Positions 26,648-40,058 of a DNA stretch of 64,000 nucleotides are shown here, one piece after another (position 1 is the first letter of the stretch; every line of letters starts with the position of its first letter). Source of the stretch: Eremomyces bilateralis CBS 781.70. Its lineage: Eukaryota. Made by a program: the position numbers and the translations under genes. The notes under the pieces were generated by a model that saw nothing but the letters and a program-made list of their open reading frames with translations, was not told the origin of the DNA and did no database searches. The DNA lies in NCBI GenBank assembly GCA_010015585.1, contig ML975153.1. The stretch is one strand, 5' to 3'.

Positions 26648-27577
26648 TTAAGTTTGCGATGCCTGGCCTAGTTCCTTGGCCGCGGTCAACATTCGTTCTC
26701 TTGTGAGCATGACCAGATCATCAACGTCGTGCTCAGTCATCCCGGAGGTTGGAATCGGATCGAGCACTATCGGAGGTTCATTGGTTTGGTTCATCTGTTC
26801 GATAGCTGTTGGGATACACTCACCTTTCAAAACGACTCGGCCCCTCTTGAATATTGTCCGGTCCTTGTCGAGCAGGTTCGAATAGTTCTGAATCACCACC
26901 GGCACGATCGGCACTTGGGCCTGGATAGCGAGGTGAAAGGCGCCCTTCTTAAACGGAAGCATTCCTGGCTCTTGCATATATGACCGTTGTCCTTCGCAGA
27001 AGAGATATGCGCTCGTTCCTTGTTGCCGTATCTGCTCCCCTGCAGCCCGGAAGGATCTCAGTGTCTTTGCGGGGTTCTTCCGATCGATGAAGAGTGCATC
27101 GTGAAGCACAAGATTCCATCCAAGCAACGGTACAGTCTTCAGCTCTGCTTTGACGGTGATGGTGCAATACTTGGGAAAGCCACAGCTGAGTATATAGATG
27201 TCGAACTCGGTCAGGTGGTTCGCAACAAAGACTCTCCCCTCTCCTTTGCCGCGCCGCAGTTGTTCAACTCTTCCAGACTTGACCACAGCAATGCCGGTGA
27301 CTGTTCGAACCAAGGTTTCAAACAAAATTCCACTGAAGTACAGGCTAAGACCCGACAGCCCAAGGTGACTTAGCACGACCGAAATAAATCCAGAGATGAA
27401 CAACGTGATCATCAGTACCAAGCCACCGATGACGAGTTTCGTATAGTATTCAACAATATCAGGTAGGAAGCTCAAAAAGGTTGGCGTTGAATATATGAGG
27501 AGAAGGGGTATCGCAATTCTTCGAGTTGATAGGGAAATGAGATGGAATAGGTAAAGATTGAGTGATAGGTTAGCCAT
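26648..27577 (-). CDS. 1-acyl-sn-glycerol-3-phosphate acyltransferase (Slc1-like)
   Basis: NHLTEFD (NHx4D), FIDR, EGQRS, PFKKGAFHLA, PIVPVV; N-terminal TM helices; 57-nt intron at 26767-26823. Confidence 0.9.
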   Translation of the reverse strand: MANLSLNLYLFHLISLSTRRIAIPLLLIYSTPTFLSFLPDIVEYYTKLVIGGLVLMITLFISGFISVVLSHLGLSGLSLYFSGILFETLVRTVTGIAVVKSGRVEQLRRGKGEGRVFVANHLTEFDIYILSCGFPKYCTITVKAELKTVPLLGWNLVLHDALFIDRKNPAKTLRSFRAAGEQIRQQGTSAYLFCEGQRSYMQEPGMLPFKKGAFHLAIQAQVPIVPVVIQNYSNLLDKDRTIFKRGRVVLKGECIPTAIEQMNQTNEPPIVLDPIPTSGMTEHDVDDLVMLTRERMLTAAKELGQASQT

Positions 27578-28442
27578 GGTTGAAATATTCGTTTTCCGAT
27601 TGAATGATCGTGATTTAGCCAACGACTGGAGGATGCTGATACCGAGGGAATTCAACTTTATGAATATGCAGTAGATAGTGAGTTTGGAATGAATCTCGAT
27701 ATGTGGCCCAGCAAAGTAATGTACGTACGGTCCAACCATTTGTAATGACGGAGTATCTAGTTAGTACCGTGGTCGAAGCCTAGAGCAGTCGCAGTCTGGA
27801 TGCGTGGTAGGAGTTGGAGCACAGTAATCGGAGACTGCCATTCCTGATTCCTACAATCAGTAGTTCTGGAAAGGACACAGGAAATGCACCTCATCTGCTT
27901 CCACATACCAATCAGGTCAGATACGATCGACGGGGTGCAAAGAGCTTGTCTTGCTCGAATTACAAGGCGTTAATAAGGTGCATCCCTGATGAATAGCGAT
28001 ACATGATTTTAAATCACGCAATCACGTATCTTGCGCCTCGTCAATCCCATCAGGTAGAATTGAACACTGGCAGGAAGTTGCGTTTTATCATGGCGCCAAC
28101 GACTTTCGAAACAATGGAAGGTACCAGTGGAAAGTGAGGAGGTCCGAGATGTCGCGAGTGGTCTCTTGCGTGTTAATATGGTGCTGAAAGCTTTGGTACC
28201 CATGGTTGGCTTTGGTTGATTCATCACAGTTGCCCATGGACCATAAATTCCGGGAAGTTCTCGAGACTCTGACGCCACACATATCGCCAATAACGACCGG
28301 ATAGAACGGAGCCTTCAGAAAAGATGGCCATCTCATTCCCCTACAGATATCTGTTGGAGTACATGACAATATCTTAACTCCTCGAAAGCACCACGCAATT
28401 CTTCATTGGCCATCATTCATTCCTTCATCACCGTCCCCAGAC

Positions 28443-28771
28443 TCAAGTGGCGGCAACTTCGATCGACCTGGGTTCTCCATCCGCTTCACCAGTATTGATC
28501 TTCTTTCCTGTCTTCTTGATTGTTTTGAGGACGGTGTCGTAGGTGAGAGTGTCGTCCACCGTGGTTACATCGGCAGTCTGGTTCTCGAGGGAAACGTTGT
28601 ACTCTTTGACGCCTACAAAGTTCCAAACGTTAGCAGATTCCCTTGATCTAAGGCTTCTGAAGCCAGCCGCCACGGGTTCATACCATCAAGCCTTTTCAAG
28701 ACTCTGTCAATGGCGCCGGAGCAACCACCGCAGGTCATGACAACGTTGAACTTGTAGACGTGTTCGGACAT
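28443..28771 (-). CDS. ATX1: Copper chaperone Atx1 (HMA domain; 1 intron)
   Basis: MSEHVYKFNVVMTCGGCSGAIDRVLKRLD, intron, GVKEYNVSLE...KKTGK; the MxCxxC and KTGK motifs are present. Confidence 0.95.
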
Positions 28772-30181
28772 GGTGCCGACTTAGTGATTGGGAGTCTGGG
28801 TGTAAAAGTCTCCTTTGAGGGGATTGTTGTAGGTCACAAGGGTCGGCGTGCTTAAGTGGAGGATGAAAGTGGATTGGAACGTAGCGTGGAGAGCGAGAAT
28901 GGAGGAAGTGGCTCAGCGGCCGTCTTATGCGTAGATATAGCTGGGGTTACGGAATGCGGGAATGTAGCCAAGCCTTGCCTCGGTCCTAAAACTATTATTA
29001 CGGACGTACTGGTATCGGATGGTGAAATAATTAATCTAAGAAGAGAATGGGATTGCGTGATGAGGCATGTTTGGCCCCTTAATCTTAGCAGGTGCGTCGA
29101 GCCAGCGACTCTTTCGTTGCGTAATGGTGTGAAGAGAAAAGGTGTCGTGTGAAGCTGAATATGAGCATGTTACAAATCCATTCAACTTGCTCCTCATCTT
29201 GAGGCTTGAACCCTGATATTTGTTGGATTCATTGATTGATCACCCAGCCTCCCGCCACAGCGCAGACTTAGTTCGCAGTTGTATCCGGGGATCGCTGCAA
29301 GGATAGTACCTAGTCATTGGGCGACTGGCACGCAAGTGAACGTAGATGCAACGTGTTTCAAGGCTCTAAATTAAATTCATAACTACTCGATATTGTTCTC
29401 GGTGCCCATCAATACTGCTTCGTTTGAAGTATCACCTGCTCAGGATACGATAAGGGCCCTTGGTCCCCGCTACTCCATGTCCAAGCAATCCCCACAGCGC
29501 TGGTACATCATCAAGATGGAGCACAAGTCGGGTATTCGGCATCCCAATACCTGTATCTGTACAGTATGTCGATATATACCTGGCCCAGATTCTGGTATGT
29601 ACGTATATCAAGATGATTAAGGAACAGTTGAGACTCGAGAGACGCATCACGGGATGTGGTGAACGAGCAGAGCAAGATGATGTCACTCTTCATAGTTTGT
29701 TTACATAAGGTATTTGATGCCTTGCCGACTCAGGCATGATGTCACATTATGTGCCTAGCCTACGCCGCACGTGGTTGGCCAGTCTACCTGAGTTGGCTCT
29801 AATATTCACTGATTTAGGTGTCGTCCCCATGCCGACGCACGTGCGGACCTGCGGGGCATCACAGGAGGACATTTGAAATAAGGCCACAAGGCCCAATAAG
29901 GCACCTAGCTAGACCCAGACGTCACTCCCTCGAATTGTTTTGAAGCAGATGGAGCAGTTAGTCCAGTCCAAGCTCACACATGTACCGACACTGGCCAGTA
30001 TCTCCGCATATTTTATGTGTATAACGGTCTTCATTGTGTATAGTCTCTGCCCTGGAATATGTACCTATAGTTTGCGAGACAATCTTCCTTCAAGCCCCTC
30101 CCTGAGATCGAAGGAACATTGAACTGCTACCGAAGCATCGTGTGAACGTCCGCCCGTCCCATCGACAATAGCGCTGCAACA

Positions 30182-32985
30182 ATGGCTTCGTAAGAACCAT
30201 GAAGCTCAAATATATATTGCTATATTTCTAACGATATATAGCAATATCCTCGCTGTCCCTTTTCGCCGCACCCATTCCGTCTCACTCTCCGATGCGATCA
30301 AAGAATACATCTCCTCCAAATATGATCAGCACCCCGATATGTTCAAGCAGGATCTCGAGACGATCGATTATCTTCGAACGGCGGCGGTACAGGCGATTGA
30401 TCCCCATATCACCGGGATCAAGAAACTGCAGTCATACGCTGCTCAGCTCATTTGGTTGGGCGGGAAGTTTCCAATAGACGTATGAGACAGAGAACGTTGG
30501 GTGCAGATCCTCGCTGACGGTACCATTCAGATCGGCGTGGACTTTTCATGGTATCCCGCCCTGGGTTACAATCTCCAACGGCCTGGTTTGTCTTCCTCAG
30601 ATCGGAGTTTGCTGCTTGCCAACTGACGATCTTCCAGTTTCGCAGAATAATGTCAGGTTCGAACTGGCGAACGTCCTTTTTAATCTCGCCGCCATGTATT
30701 CGCAGTTGGCTGTATCGCTCAATCGAACCACGTCCGACGGACTCAAGACCGCATGCAACTACTTCTGCCTCTCAGCAGGAGTCCTCTCCTACCTTCGCAC
30801 TGACATCATCCCCGACATGCGAGCCTCACCCCCTGACGACATGGACACCTCGACGTTGGAGTGCGTGGAACAATTGATGCTTGCCCAAGCTCAGGAATGC
30901 TTTTGGCAGAAGGCCGTCAAGGATGGGCTCAAAGACGCGTCCATTGCGAAGTTGGCTGCGAAGGTGTCGGACTTGTATTCCGATGCTGTAGAGTGTGGCG
31001 TCAAGTCTGACACTATAAGCAGCGAATGGATCCATCATATGAATGCGAAGCATCATCATTTTGCTGCTGCTGCTCAATATCGCGCTGCGTGCGACTGCTT
31101 GGAAAAGCGCAAGTACGGTGAAGAAGTCGCAAGACTCATCGATGCTGTCAGTTGCGTCAACGAGGCTCTGAAAGAAGCCCGTTACGTAAATAAGACAGTG
31201 CTGGGGGACCTGAATGGCATAAAAAACCGGGTACAAGAGGACCTGAAGAGGGCCGAGAAAGATAACAACATGATATATCTACGTGAGTGTCTTTTAAGTA
31301 CTCCCCACTCATCTCATTGACATGAAAACAGTGCCGGTGCCTCCAAAGAGCGAGCTTAAAACCCTTGACCGGGCGACCATGGTGTCCTCAAAGGTGCCAA
31401 AGGAGATATTCGAAGCCACATCTATGCTGGGAGAGAACAGCGACCTTGGTCATCCCTTGTTCAGCAAGCTTGTCCCTTACTCGGTTCATGTTGCTGCGAG
31501 TATATATGCAGACCGAAGGGACCGGTTGGTGAACCACGACATCGTGGACCAATTAGAAGATATGACAAATGCGATTCATCGGTATGTAGGATTTCTCTAA
31601 CATCGATGTTCGCGGCTTACTCGATAATCAGCGAGCTGAGTTCCTTAAACCTACCGGGCTCCCTCCAGGCGTTGGAAAAACCGCTTGGTCTGCCTTCAAC
31701 TCTGCTCTCGCATGCCGAAGAGATTCGGCAGCAAGACGGCGTGGTTCGACTACGGAGATCCATTGCTGAGACCGAGAAGCTAAGACATGGTGACCGGGCA
31801 GTATTCCAAGAAGGCGTGGATCTGCTCCGTGGCGAGATCGAGGAAGATGAGAGGGCTCGGCAAAAGCATGGCACAGTTCGATGGACACGACCAACGTCAG
31901 AACTTGCCGTCCCTAAGCTTTACGGGCAAATACAAGAGATCGATGGATACTTCTCGGCGGCAAATAGTAGCGATACCCTCATCACGTCGAAGTTGAAGGA
32001 GAACGAACGTTTACTGAATCTGCTGAGCGGAACTGATTATGACTTGGAGAAATTCGTACCGAGCAGTCGAAGGGTCGTCATGACACCGGCAGTCGAGCGA
32101 GAGTCCAGCAATCTTCGTGCATGCTTAAACGATTTGACCCGCTTGGAAAGCAGAAGGAGACGAAAGATCGAAGGGCTCCGTTCAAAGGCCAAACAGGACG
32201 ATATAAGTGGGTTCCGCCTGATATATGATGATAATCGGACACTAATTCATATAGACACCGACCTCCTCCGTGAAACTGCACGTTTGGAGCGTGAATACCC
32301 GATGCAGAAGATCGAAGCCGTCCAATTCGAAGGCCTCTTCGAGAAACGACTTCGCTTATACGATTCTGACAAAGCCGCAGTCGAGACTGAACGCGAGGAG
32401 CAGGATGGCCTCCTGAAGAACCTACATGCGACGAACCAAGCCTTTGTCAATGCGAGACGAGGGGAAAACTCGACCAAGACGCGAGAAGATGCATTGCAAA
32501 GCCTTGAGAATGCGTTTTACAAATACAAGGAGATCATATCGAACCTCCATGCGGCCCGAAAATTCTATAACGATCTCGCCAAGATTGTAACTAGGTTTCG
32601 AGACGACTGCAAAAACTTTGCATATCAAAGACGAATGGAAGCGTCAGAAGTGGAAGGGTATGTCAGCGTTGTCTCAGTACCTTTTATCAGCAGCACAGCA
32701 GCTAACGGTTACAGCGATCTGGCCAATGCCATGTCCGGCATAAACCTACAACAAGCTGCCAATTTGCAAAACGAACGGCTAGCCGAGGCGCAGGCTCCTT
32801 CGTACCGCCAGCGACCACCGACCGAGAATCAGATTCCAGCACCACAGCCCACCCGGACGACCCTGATCCCGACGCCAGGCGTCTGGACGCCTGAGATGCC
32901 GATACGATTCGGGCAAAATAGCAGTACGTCAGGAAATACGAAGGATGGAAGATGGGATCCTGCTCAGGGGGTGAAGTTTTCATAG
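30182..32985 (+). CDS. palA: pH-response regulator PalA/Rim20 (BRO1 and ALIX V domains; about 7 introns)
   Basis: MAS|NILAVPFRRTH...; FELANVLFNLAAMYSQLA; MLAQAQECFWQKA; KDNNMIYL; LNLPGSLQALEKPLGLP; RKFYNDL. Confidence 0.93.
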
Positions 32986-33623
32986 GGCGTCGAAGATTGA
33001 AGGACAAATCTAACTGGACGCATGTACGAGGGGCGATGGTTGAGCGAAAGCCGGTCCGAACTCCGAGAGCAAGCCTCTTGAATCAATTGAATTCTCCTCG
33101 GCAAGATATCAATTCCTGAGTGCCTTCATTCTTGAGACACTCGACGACCTCGTCGCAATATTTAGATCTTGGAATAACAGATTCGGTAAGGTGGAAAGGA
33201 CCAATGTACAGTTCCTGCCCTTCATCTCTATGCATATCCACATCACCTCTCACTGACCGATCCTCTGCTTGAACTATTGGGTCCACATGTTCGACTGCAT
33301 TATTGAGGGAACCGGCGCATTTATCAGTGTAATCCATCCACGAATGAACCTTCTTGGGACCGCCCATGCCTTTGCCGATATCCGTTCTCCGGGTTGCAAC
33401 AGTCGTTGACCTTCATTAGTTTTGAACGCTTCAGCGTTACCAGGCCTGCGTCGCGGTGGATTGGTGGCTGATCATTCTGAAGGTCAATGACTCCATTGGC
33501 AGCGACCCTGACCGCTCGTATAAACGGTACAATGGAAACTAAATGTAACCCCTAACGCCTATGGTGCCTTCAAATCAGTGCAGTCCAGGGGTATAAACGC
33601 GTCCCCTCGTCGCCCTCGAACGC

Positions 33624-35280
33624 TCATTGAGGCTTAAGCGAAAGAAAATCCCTCAATTCGGTGTTGGTGGAAATGAAAATCAAATGATTATACTTCGTGC
33701 TCCACTGCGGAATGGCCGTCGGGTGCAAGACGACGTTACGCCGGATTGACTTGGATTGGAATATCGCCCAACCAGCAAACCAGGCAACGAGTTCATCCGT
33801 ATCAGTCACCTGCTGTTCAGTTCTTGGCTCGGTTAGACGCTGCTTCCCTCCATTGTTCCTCCGGGGTAAAGGGACTCCCACAAAACAACAATCAGGATGG
33901 TGGATATCGTGTGGTGGTTGCTTCTCATGGTCCGGGTCATATTCAATCTGCAATTCTCGGATGCGCTTGATGAGCTCGTTCATGCTTGACTTTGGTTAGG
34001 GAGCCGATGGCTTAGATACTCAAGCGGAGACTTACTTCGAGGGGTCTCTCGTCGCGGTGCGGCTATGCTGGATTAGCCAGGGAATGACACCAGCTCGAAA
34101 AACGAGTTTCGGCACGGAATACTGCGCGGCTTCTATCCTTGCAGCCCGGGTTTCTTTCTGCGCGGCTTCTTTCTGTGCAGCTCCTTTCAACGCAGCCGCT
34201 ATTTCCGCATCCTCTTTCTCTTCGACTGCACGTTTATATTTCCACACCCTCTTGTGCTTGTCGTGGATTGAATTGATCATGAGAAGCGCCTGTTCCGGGT
34301 CCGCCGTGAGCATTTCATCTGTCATCAACATTGACTGGCCTTTCTTGAACAGCCGATGGATACCCTGATATCGGATCATAGGGCTTGCGCCGAATTGCCA
34401 GATATTGAAGCTTCTCTTAAGAAAATCCCGGAAGTCGGGTATCGCACCGACTTGCCCGACGTATTCCGCTTGGATCTGGTCGATTCAGCATGAGAAACGG
34501 CCGGCCTGTGTTCAATACTCACGATGATGACACCGCTTCTGTAGTGATTGGAAAACCATCGCCAAGATCCGGGCCTCGCAAGGCTATAAACTTCAAGGTC
34601 AAGAGAATGAAGAGCGCTGATCACAGGTTCAAATTCCTTTTCATTCTGCGGGTGCATAAAGAGGAAAATCACTCGGTTTAGCCCCGTCCCAACCGGCCAC
34701 TCCAGAAGACGTTTCAGGGGAAACTTGAACTGCTCGGTGAAAGTGCGGAGGTTGAAGAGCGTGTCGCCTTTTGTTTGCGGTCGCTTGATAGAAGGGCTCG
34801 TAGGCGGAGCCGGTGCTGTCAACAAAGTTTGGATAGTTGGCCATTCAGCTTGGAGTGCGGCGGCCTTGGAGCTCGAGAAGTCGGATTGCTCATTAGACAT
34901 CCAGTCATGGGGCTGGATGCCATTCAAGAAGGAGTTTGAACTAGTATCTTCAATAAGCCACATGCCAGTCTAAAATATGCAACACGCCCTCTTACAAGTA
35001 CTCCTTCTGGAGTTTTACAGCCTGTTCCACAGCATTCGCTGCGTTTTCGGGTCTCGCAAGCTCTGAGTCGGCATGGTCGATATATGGCATATCACTTTTG
35101 AAACAGCATGAGTATAAAGATATAGGTAGTCGAGCACCAATAACTCACCAAACATCGTTGTCAACTAGTGCCTGGATAATACAAGTAAGCTTTAGTGCCG
35201 CGGAAGGTTAGAAACTAGAAACTCACAGCATCAAAGAGGACACGAGTCGGAGCAGGTATGTCCTGGCCAGGATCTGCCAT
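33624..35280 (-). CDS. Hypothetical protein resembling the C-terminal region of fungal Chp1-like chromodomain proteins (about 5 introns)
   Basis: Spliceable exons run from ATG 35280 (MADPGQDIPAPTRVLFDA) through PGSWRWF, RLFKKGQSMLMTDE and DELVAWFAGW...RRNVVL. The family call is from memory only. Confidence 0.55.
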
Positions 35281-35602
35281 GCAGGCAACTTAAGAGCTTC
35301 TATAATAGGCGGTGATTACGATCTTACTTCAGCCTCTAAAGAGTGCTACTCATTGAATGTTGAGTGCTGGGGATGGGTGAGGGCGATGGGTGTGGGTTAG
35401 GTGTAGGTGTTGAGAAGTATATAGATTGGGGAGAAGGGTGAGGGAAGATGAACTTATCACATCATAATGTATGGTATCCAAGAAAGCTAATCAAGTGACA
35501 TTTTCATTCATACATCATCTTCTGTTCACATGAATATGTGATTACAGTATCTTACATGGTTTCGTCGCCTAAGCTGTCTCATTACGTGTATTCTAGACAT
35601 CA

Positions 35603-36850
35603 TCAGGATGACGAGCCCTTTCGGGTCGATCGAGAACTCAGATGTATCTTTCCAAGCGACGATATCTGCTTGCCGCCAACCTTTTGCACCTGCGCCACCG
35701 CGTCGCCCAAAAGGACCCGAATTGCGCCTTCTAGCCGCTTGTCCTTTCGTTGTCGCATCCATATCAAGACAATCCACAGGATCGCCAGATCAAACACCAT
35801 GTGCTTGACCACTGCCCAAAAACCCCGCCACACCCAGCGAAGCACCCGTTGGTGCTTCGACACTCCGAAAACTCTTCTCGATTCTAGCTGCTCGCGCAAT
35901 GCTGCCACTTCTGCCGTTAACCGGACCAACGCTTGCTCCACTCGCCGTCGCCATTTCTTGTCTCCAGGGTCGAGGTTGGGCCGTGGTGGTCGAGGCGATT
36001 CCCCTTCGGGGGACCTTCGATCCTCATCTTCTTCTTTTTCTCGTGTGGTGTAGTTGTACTGTGAATCCGGCGCATCGACAAATTCATCGCCATCGTCCAA
36101 GTCGTCCTCCAACTCTTGCGACACCGGACTGACAACTCGCATCGCTTGCCTATCTCTCCGTTCGTCCTGCGTTCTATACCCTCCCATCAGCTCCGGCGAA
36201 TTCAGCGACGGATAGGAAGGCGGGTTTTGGAGGCCGGTTGGCAACCCGAGGGTTTGTAGGGGCGAGGAGGATGAGGAGGACGGGACGTTCGATTTGACCT
36301 GGTCCCAGACGAATTCGAGCTCCGCCACCAGTTCTCGGGTATCGTCGCTGGGGTCGGCGAACTTGTGAAGGGCTTCGATCAAAGTCGATATGTACCGTCG
36401 TTTCGCCTCGGTTCGCGAAAGGCTGCTCTGTGATTTCCATGCTTCCCTTGGATCGTGTTAACGCGGCTCGCGGCAATGGCAATTCGCGGGGCTGTGGCTG
36501 CCCTACCATTTTTCCCTTGCGCGCTGGGCTTCCTCCGTTTTTCCTTCGGGTCGATCCATGATCCCGTCCACGTCCCCTTCTAGAGTATCATCAGTAACCT
36601 AGCTTCATGCAGTGGTGCTTAGGACGGCCGATGCGTACCCATTGCTTGCTTATAAAGTCCATAGAGCCTCAATCGCGTGGCAACCGGCGGTTTCCCCCCC
36701 CCCGTGTGGACTTTATTAACGGTATTAAGAGCATAACTAAATACCCTATCTTTTCGTAAACAAAATTATCTCAGTCAGTCGTCAGATCTAGGCGTTGGAG
36801 GGGATAGCTATGCTCGCGTGCTTCTACTACTTACCTACGGAGTCGGACAT
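35603..36850 (-). CDS. Membrane-anchored acyl-CoA-binding protein (ACBP/ACBD5-like; 3 introns)
   Basis: MSDSV|DRVF...RLRLYGLYKQAM|EGDV...EKW|EAW...EAKRRYISTLIE; coiled coil WRRRVEQALVRLTAEVAALREQ; C-terminal TM helix. Confidence 0.9.
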
Positions 36851-37587
36851 GATAACATCAAGATAGAAGATCGCTTATGAGTGGCTGCGCTCTGCGGGGC
36901 AACACACTCTGGCAGCAAAGCAAGAGATCCCTTGAAATCCAAAAACGATGGCATAGATATCGATGATTTTCGAAAAAGTTGAATACTCATCATGCCGCGA
37001 CTGGCGACCTGGAGTATCGGCTTTCACGGGTGATACCCCAAGATTACCGCGGTTCTTCGACCCTGGTCAGTTGGACCCTGAGCCGCGTTGGCAGTGGATG
37101 ACCATCCGCCACCGACCGATATGATTAAGATTGTATTCAAGGCGAACTCGCCTTAGAAACTAATCAAGTATGGTACGTAAAGAGTACATACATCATAGTT
37201 CGGAGATTTGCCATGCGGACATGCACGACCCCCCGGATGCGAACACCGAGGAAATCAGCGATGCAAGAGGACAAGACTAGGTGGAGCCTTAAGAGTCTTG
37301 ACTAAAGCACACACATATAGACGTTATACTGCCTTGTTCGGGAATCAAGATGGGTCGGCGCATATATCCGTTCATTGTTACAGTGTTGATGACTTGGAGT
37401 TTAGGATATTCGTTCCGGTTTTAGCCTTAAATGTACAAGAAATTGGTGCATGAGCCACACTCTCGGTGATTAGAAAGAAACCCAGGGGCCTGCTTTACGC
37501 ATCGGGCTGAGAATTAAAGGATATATGTGTCGGTATCGACATGAGAAACAGGTCAATCCAAGAAGATACAACCATTAACGAAAGCTT

Positions 37588-39035
37588 TCACTCGGTATCG
37601 GCACCCCCATTCGCAAGTCGTGAGGACCGTCGGCCCCGCTCCATATCTTTCGGGCTTGTGGCTCGCGAGCTGTCTTCATCACCGCTTTCGGGACTTGACT
37701 GCCGAGTATCGTTAAGCGTCCGACGACTCCGCGCCATCTATATGAACGCCGGTTAGTGGTTGACGCTTCTAAATCAATCGACGGGACTTACCCATGACCT
37801 CACTCCGCCGATCAACCCCAGGCTATAGCCCGCTGCGAAATCCGAAGAATTGGTCGACGGGGTTCCGGTCGGAGACTTCGGAATGTCCAGGTGGCTCAAA
37901 TGAGCCACAGCAGAGGCCGATGGAACGTTCGACAGCCTCGGAGAAAGGTTTGGCTCGTCCCTACTCGACCGAGCCGGGCTTGCTGGCCTGCTGCCGTTGG
38001 CTTGCCACATCTGTCGCAACTCCTTCCCCAGTTCCTGTCCGGTGGTGGTCCAGTTGGTTCGGATGTTGTCGCGCAACTCGGCCACGGTACGCTTGATATC
38101 GAGCTCATTTTTCTTCAACCAGGAGACGTTGAGCTCCTGTCGGGACGTTCCTCGCTTGAGTTGCCGGGTAATGTATTGATCATAGTCGCGAATAATCCTG
38201 TAACAGTTTTAATGAGAGGCCGGTCAACCAGCACGGGAAGACATACTTTGAAATGATGCCAGTCGTAGATACGCCCTCGGTTCTTTGAGTGACCAGGAAT
38301 TTCCCTTGTTCCTTAATCGGGGAGTAGATGTCGTCCCCTTCGTCCGCACCATAGGGAATATCGTCGTGGGCAACGTAGTCAATTTGATATTTCTCGATGA
38401 ACTCGGGAGTATCGGTGATGATCCATGGGCAGTCTTCCACGACCTCGTCCACCCACTTGCAGTGCCGGACACTCTCCGCCCTCTCCTTCCCTGACAGGAC
38501 GGTGAGACCTTTTCTTCGATGGGTTTCCTTGTCACCCGTGACACCGACAATGAGGTATACGTCCGGGAAAGCCTGCTTCGCCTGTTGCAATTGTCTCATA
38601 TGCCTAGTCCCAGTTAGCAGTTACCTCCCAGCCGGTGGAAAGCATTGCATACCCCAAGTGGAAGAGGTCGAACACGCCATCCGCGTACACGCGGACCGGA
38701 CGCCCTTCAGGCGGAGGATTGGTATGATATCCTTTCGGATCGACCAGTCCCGCGCGTGGGGGCTCCTCCATCCTCATTTTCCCCCTTTCACCCCCTTCAC
38801 CATGTTCGAGGGCTTCTTCGACATCGAGGTCGCTGTCCGTGGAATCCGCTCGTCCGTTGGCTGGTCGCGAGCGTTTCGCCGCCGGCTCGGGCGACTTACT
38901 TCCCGAAGAGTCCTCGTTTTGAGACGTGGATTCTCGGGCATCGTCGCCGGACGCATCGTTCAATGGTGACCGGGTAGTGTCGAGGGTAAGATCGGTCGAG
39001 GAGCCGTTTGGCGTACGCTTTCGCTTCGGAGGCAT
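37588..39035 (-). CDS. PCT1: Choline-phosphate cytidylyltransferase (3 introns)
   Basis: RPVRVYADGVFDLFHLG|HMRQL, HCKWVDEV, DYVAHDDIPY, TQRTEGVSTT; last exon ends at TGA 37588-37590. Confidence 0.95.
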
Positions 39036-39493
39036 GGTGAGGTGTGCGAAGGCTGTGGTGGGGTTGGTTCCAGAGCCCGTGAGGAACTATATCAGTAGGG
39101 AGATGGACGGTGAGGTTTACTCGACCGAAGTCCTGAGACGGGGTGCGAATCTCGAGATGAAATGCGGATTGCGGAAGGCTTGCTCAGAGGAACGATGGAA
39201 ATTTTATGGGGACGCAACAGCATATATAGATGAATTGCTAGGTGGTGTTACCTGGCGGGTGTTAGGGAGAGGGGAACACACAGGTGAGAAGCCGAAATGA
39301 TGGACAGTATTAAAGTACTTCGGTATGATCAATGATCGCATCGCCGACGTATTAATTCCCCTTGTCCAAAGTTCTGTAGCTTTCGTTGAATCTTTGAATT
39401 CAGGGCAGGCCAGCTCTCGTCATGGATGCCTCGTCGCCTCAGGCATGAAATACTACTGTCCATAATATCTGATTGGCGATTAATTACAGACTG

Positions 39494-39510
39494 AATCTGA
39501 GGACCTGTGA
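39494..39510 (+). repeat. Left terminal inverted repeat AATCTGAGGACCTGTGA
   Basis: Exact reverse complement of 55353-55369; begins after a 5-nt spacer inside the left ATTACA. Confidence 0.93.
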
Positions 39511-40028
39511 AATTGCCGTCGAAAAGGCCGGTTTATGACGCTGTTTTTGGCAGCATTTCCACATGACCTGGTCATGAAAATCAACCCTTCTCCTCCCCAA
39601 ACACCCCGTAATGCCAAGTGCACGTGACTTTGTCTATCAGTTTCGTGAGTTTCATGAAAGTCACTGAATTTAGAAACAGGAGATGCGAACCCGCAAGCGG
39701 GTTTCACTGAAAGAGAGCCTGGAGGAACGAAGCTAGAGTTTGCAGTTTTCGAATCTCCCCCCCAAAAATAAGAGCTCGAATTATATTCAATAGAAGCATC
39801 ACAAAAGGATTGAAATTCCGTTAGTGTTCTGGGGTTGGCTTTATGGTAGTACGGAAGGCTAGTTTAGTGATTGGTTGCTCCGCTGAACTCAAATTCGATC
39901 AAGTATCAATATCGTTTAGTCTACAAGGTCTGCAAATACTTATTCCATTCAAGCTAAACTAAAGAAGAAGAGGAGAGGAGGAAATCTCTCTCTATTATAC
40001 GGGAGATGAACCTTTCCTCTACTTCGTG

Positions 40029-40058
40029 AACACGTCTATCAACACGTCTATTAACACC
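40029..40058. repeat. 12-bp tandem repeat AACACGTCTAT(C/T), about 2.5 copies
   Basis: Read directly; lies upstream of the helicase relic. Confidence 0.8.

Noticed and set aside
26767..26823. Stop-free in-frame 57-nt intron in the Slc1-like gene (similar cases in palA and Tctex-1)
   Set aside because: Canonical GT-AG signals; short in-frame introns are common and only inflate the ORF track.
27800..28400. Short minus-strand ORFs between SLC1 and ATX1, possibly a decayed gene
   Set aside because: No recognisable motif or consistent splice model.
33083..33367. 94-aa minus-strand ORF downstream of palA
   Set aside because: No family motif; cannot be distinguished from a chance ORF.
39301..39462. 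9-bp inverted repeat TGGACAGTA/TACTGTCCA upstream of PCT1
   Set aside because: Too short and without a target-site duplication; not enough to call a MITE.
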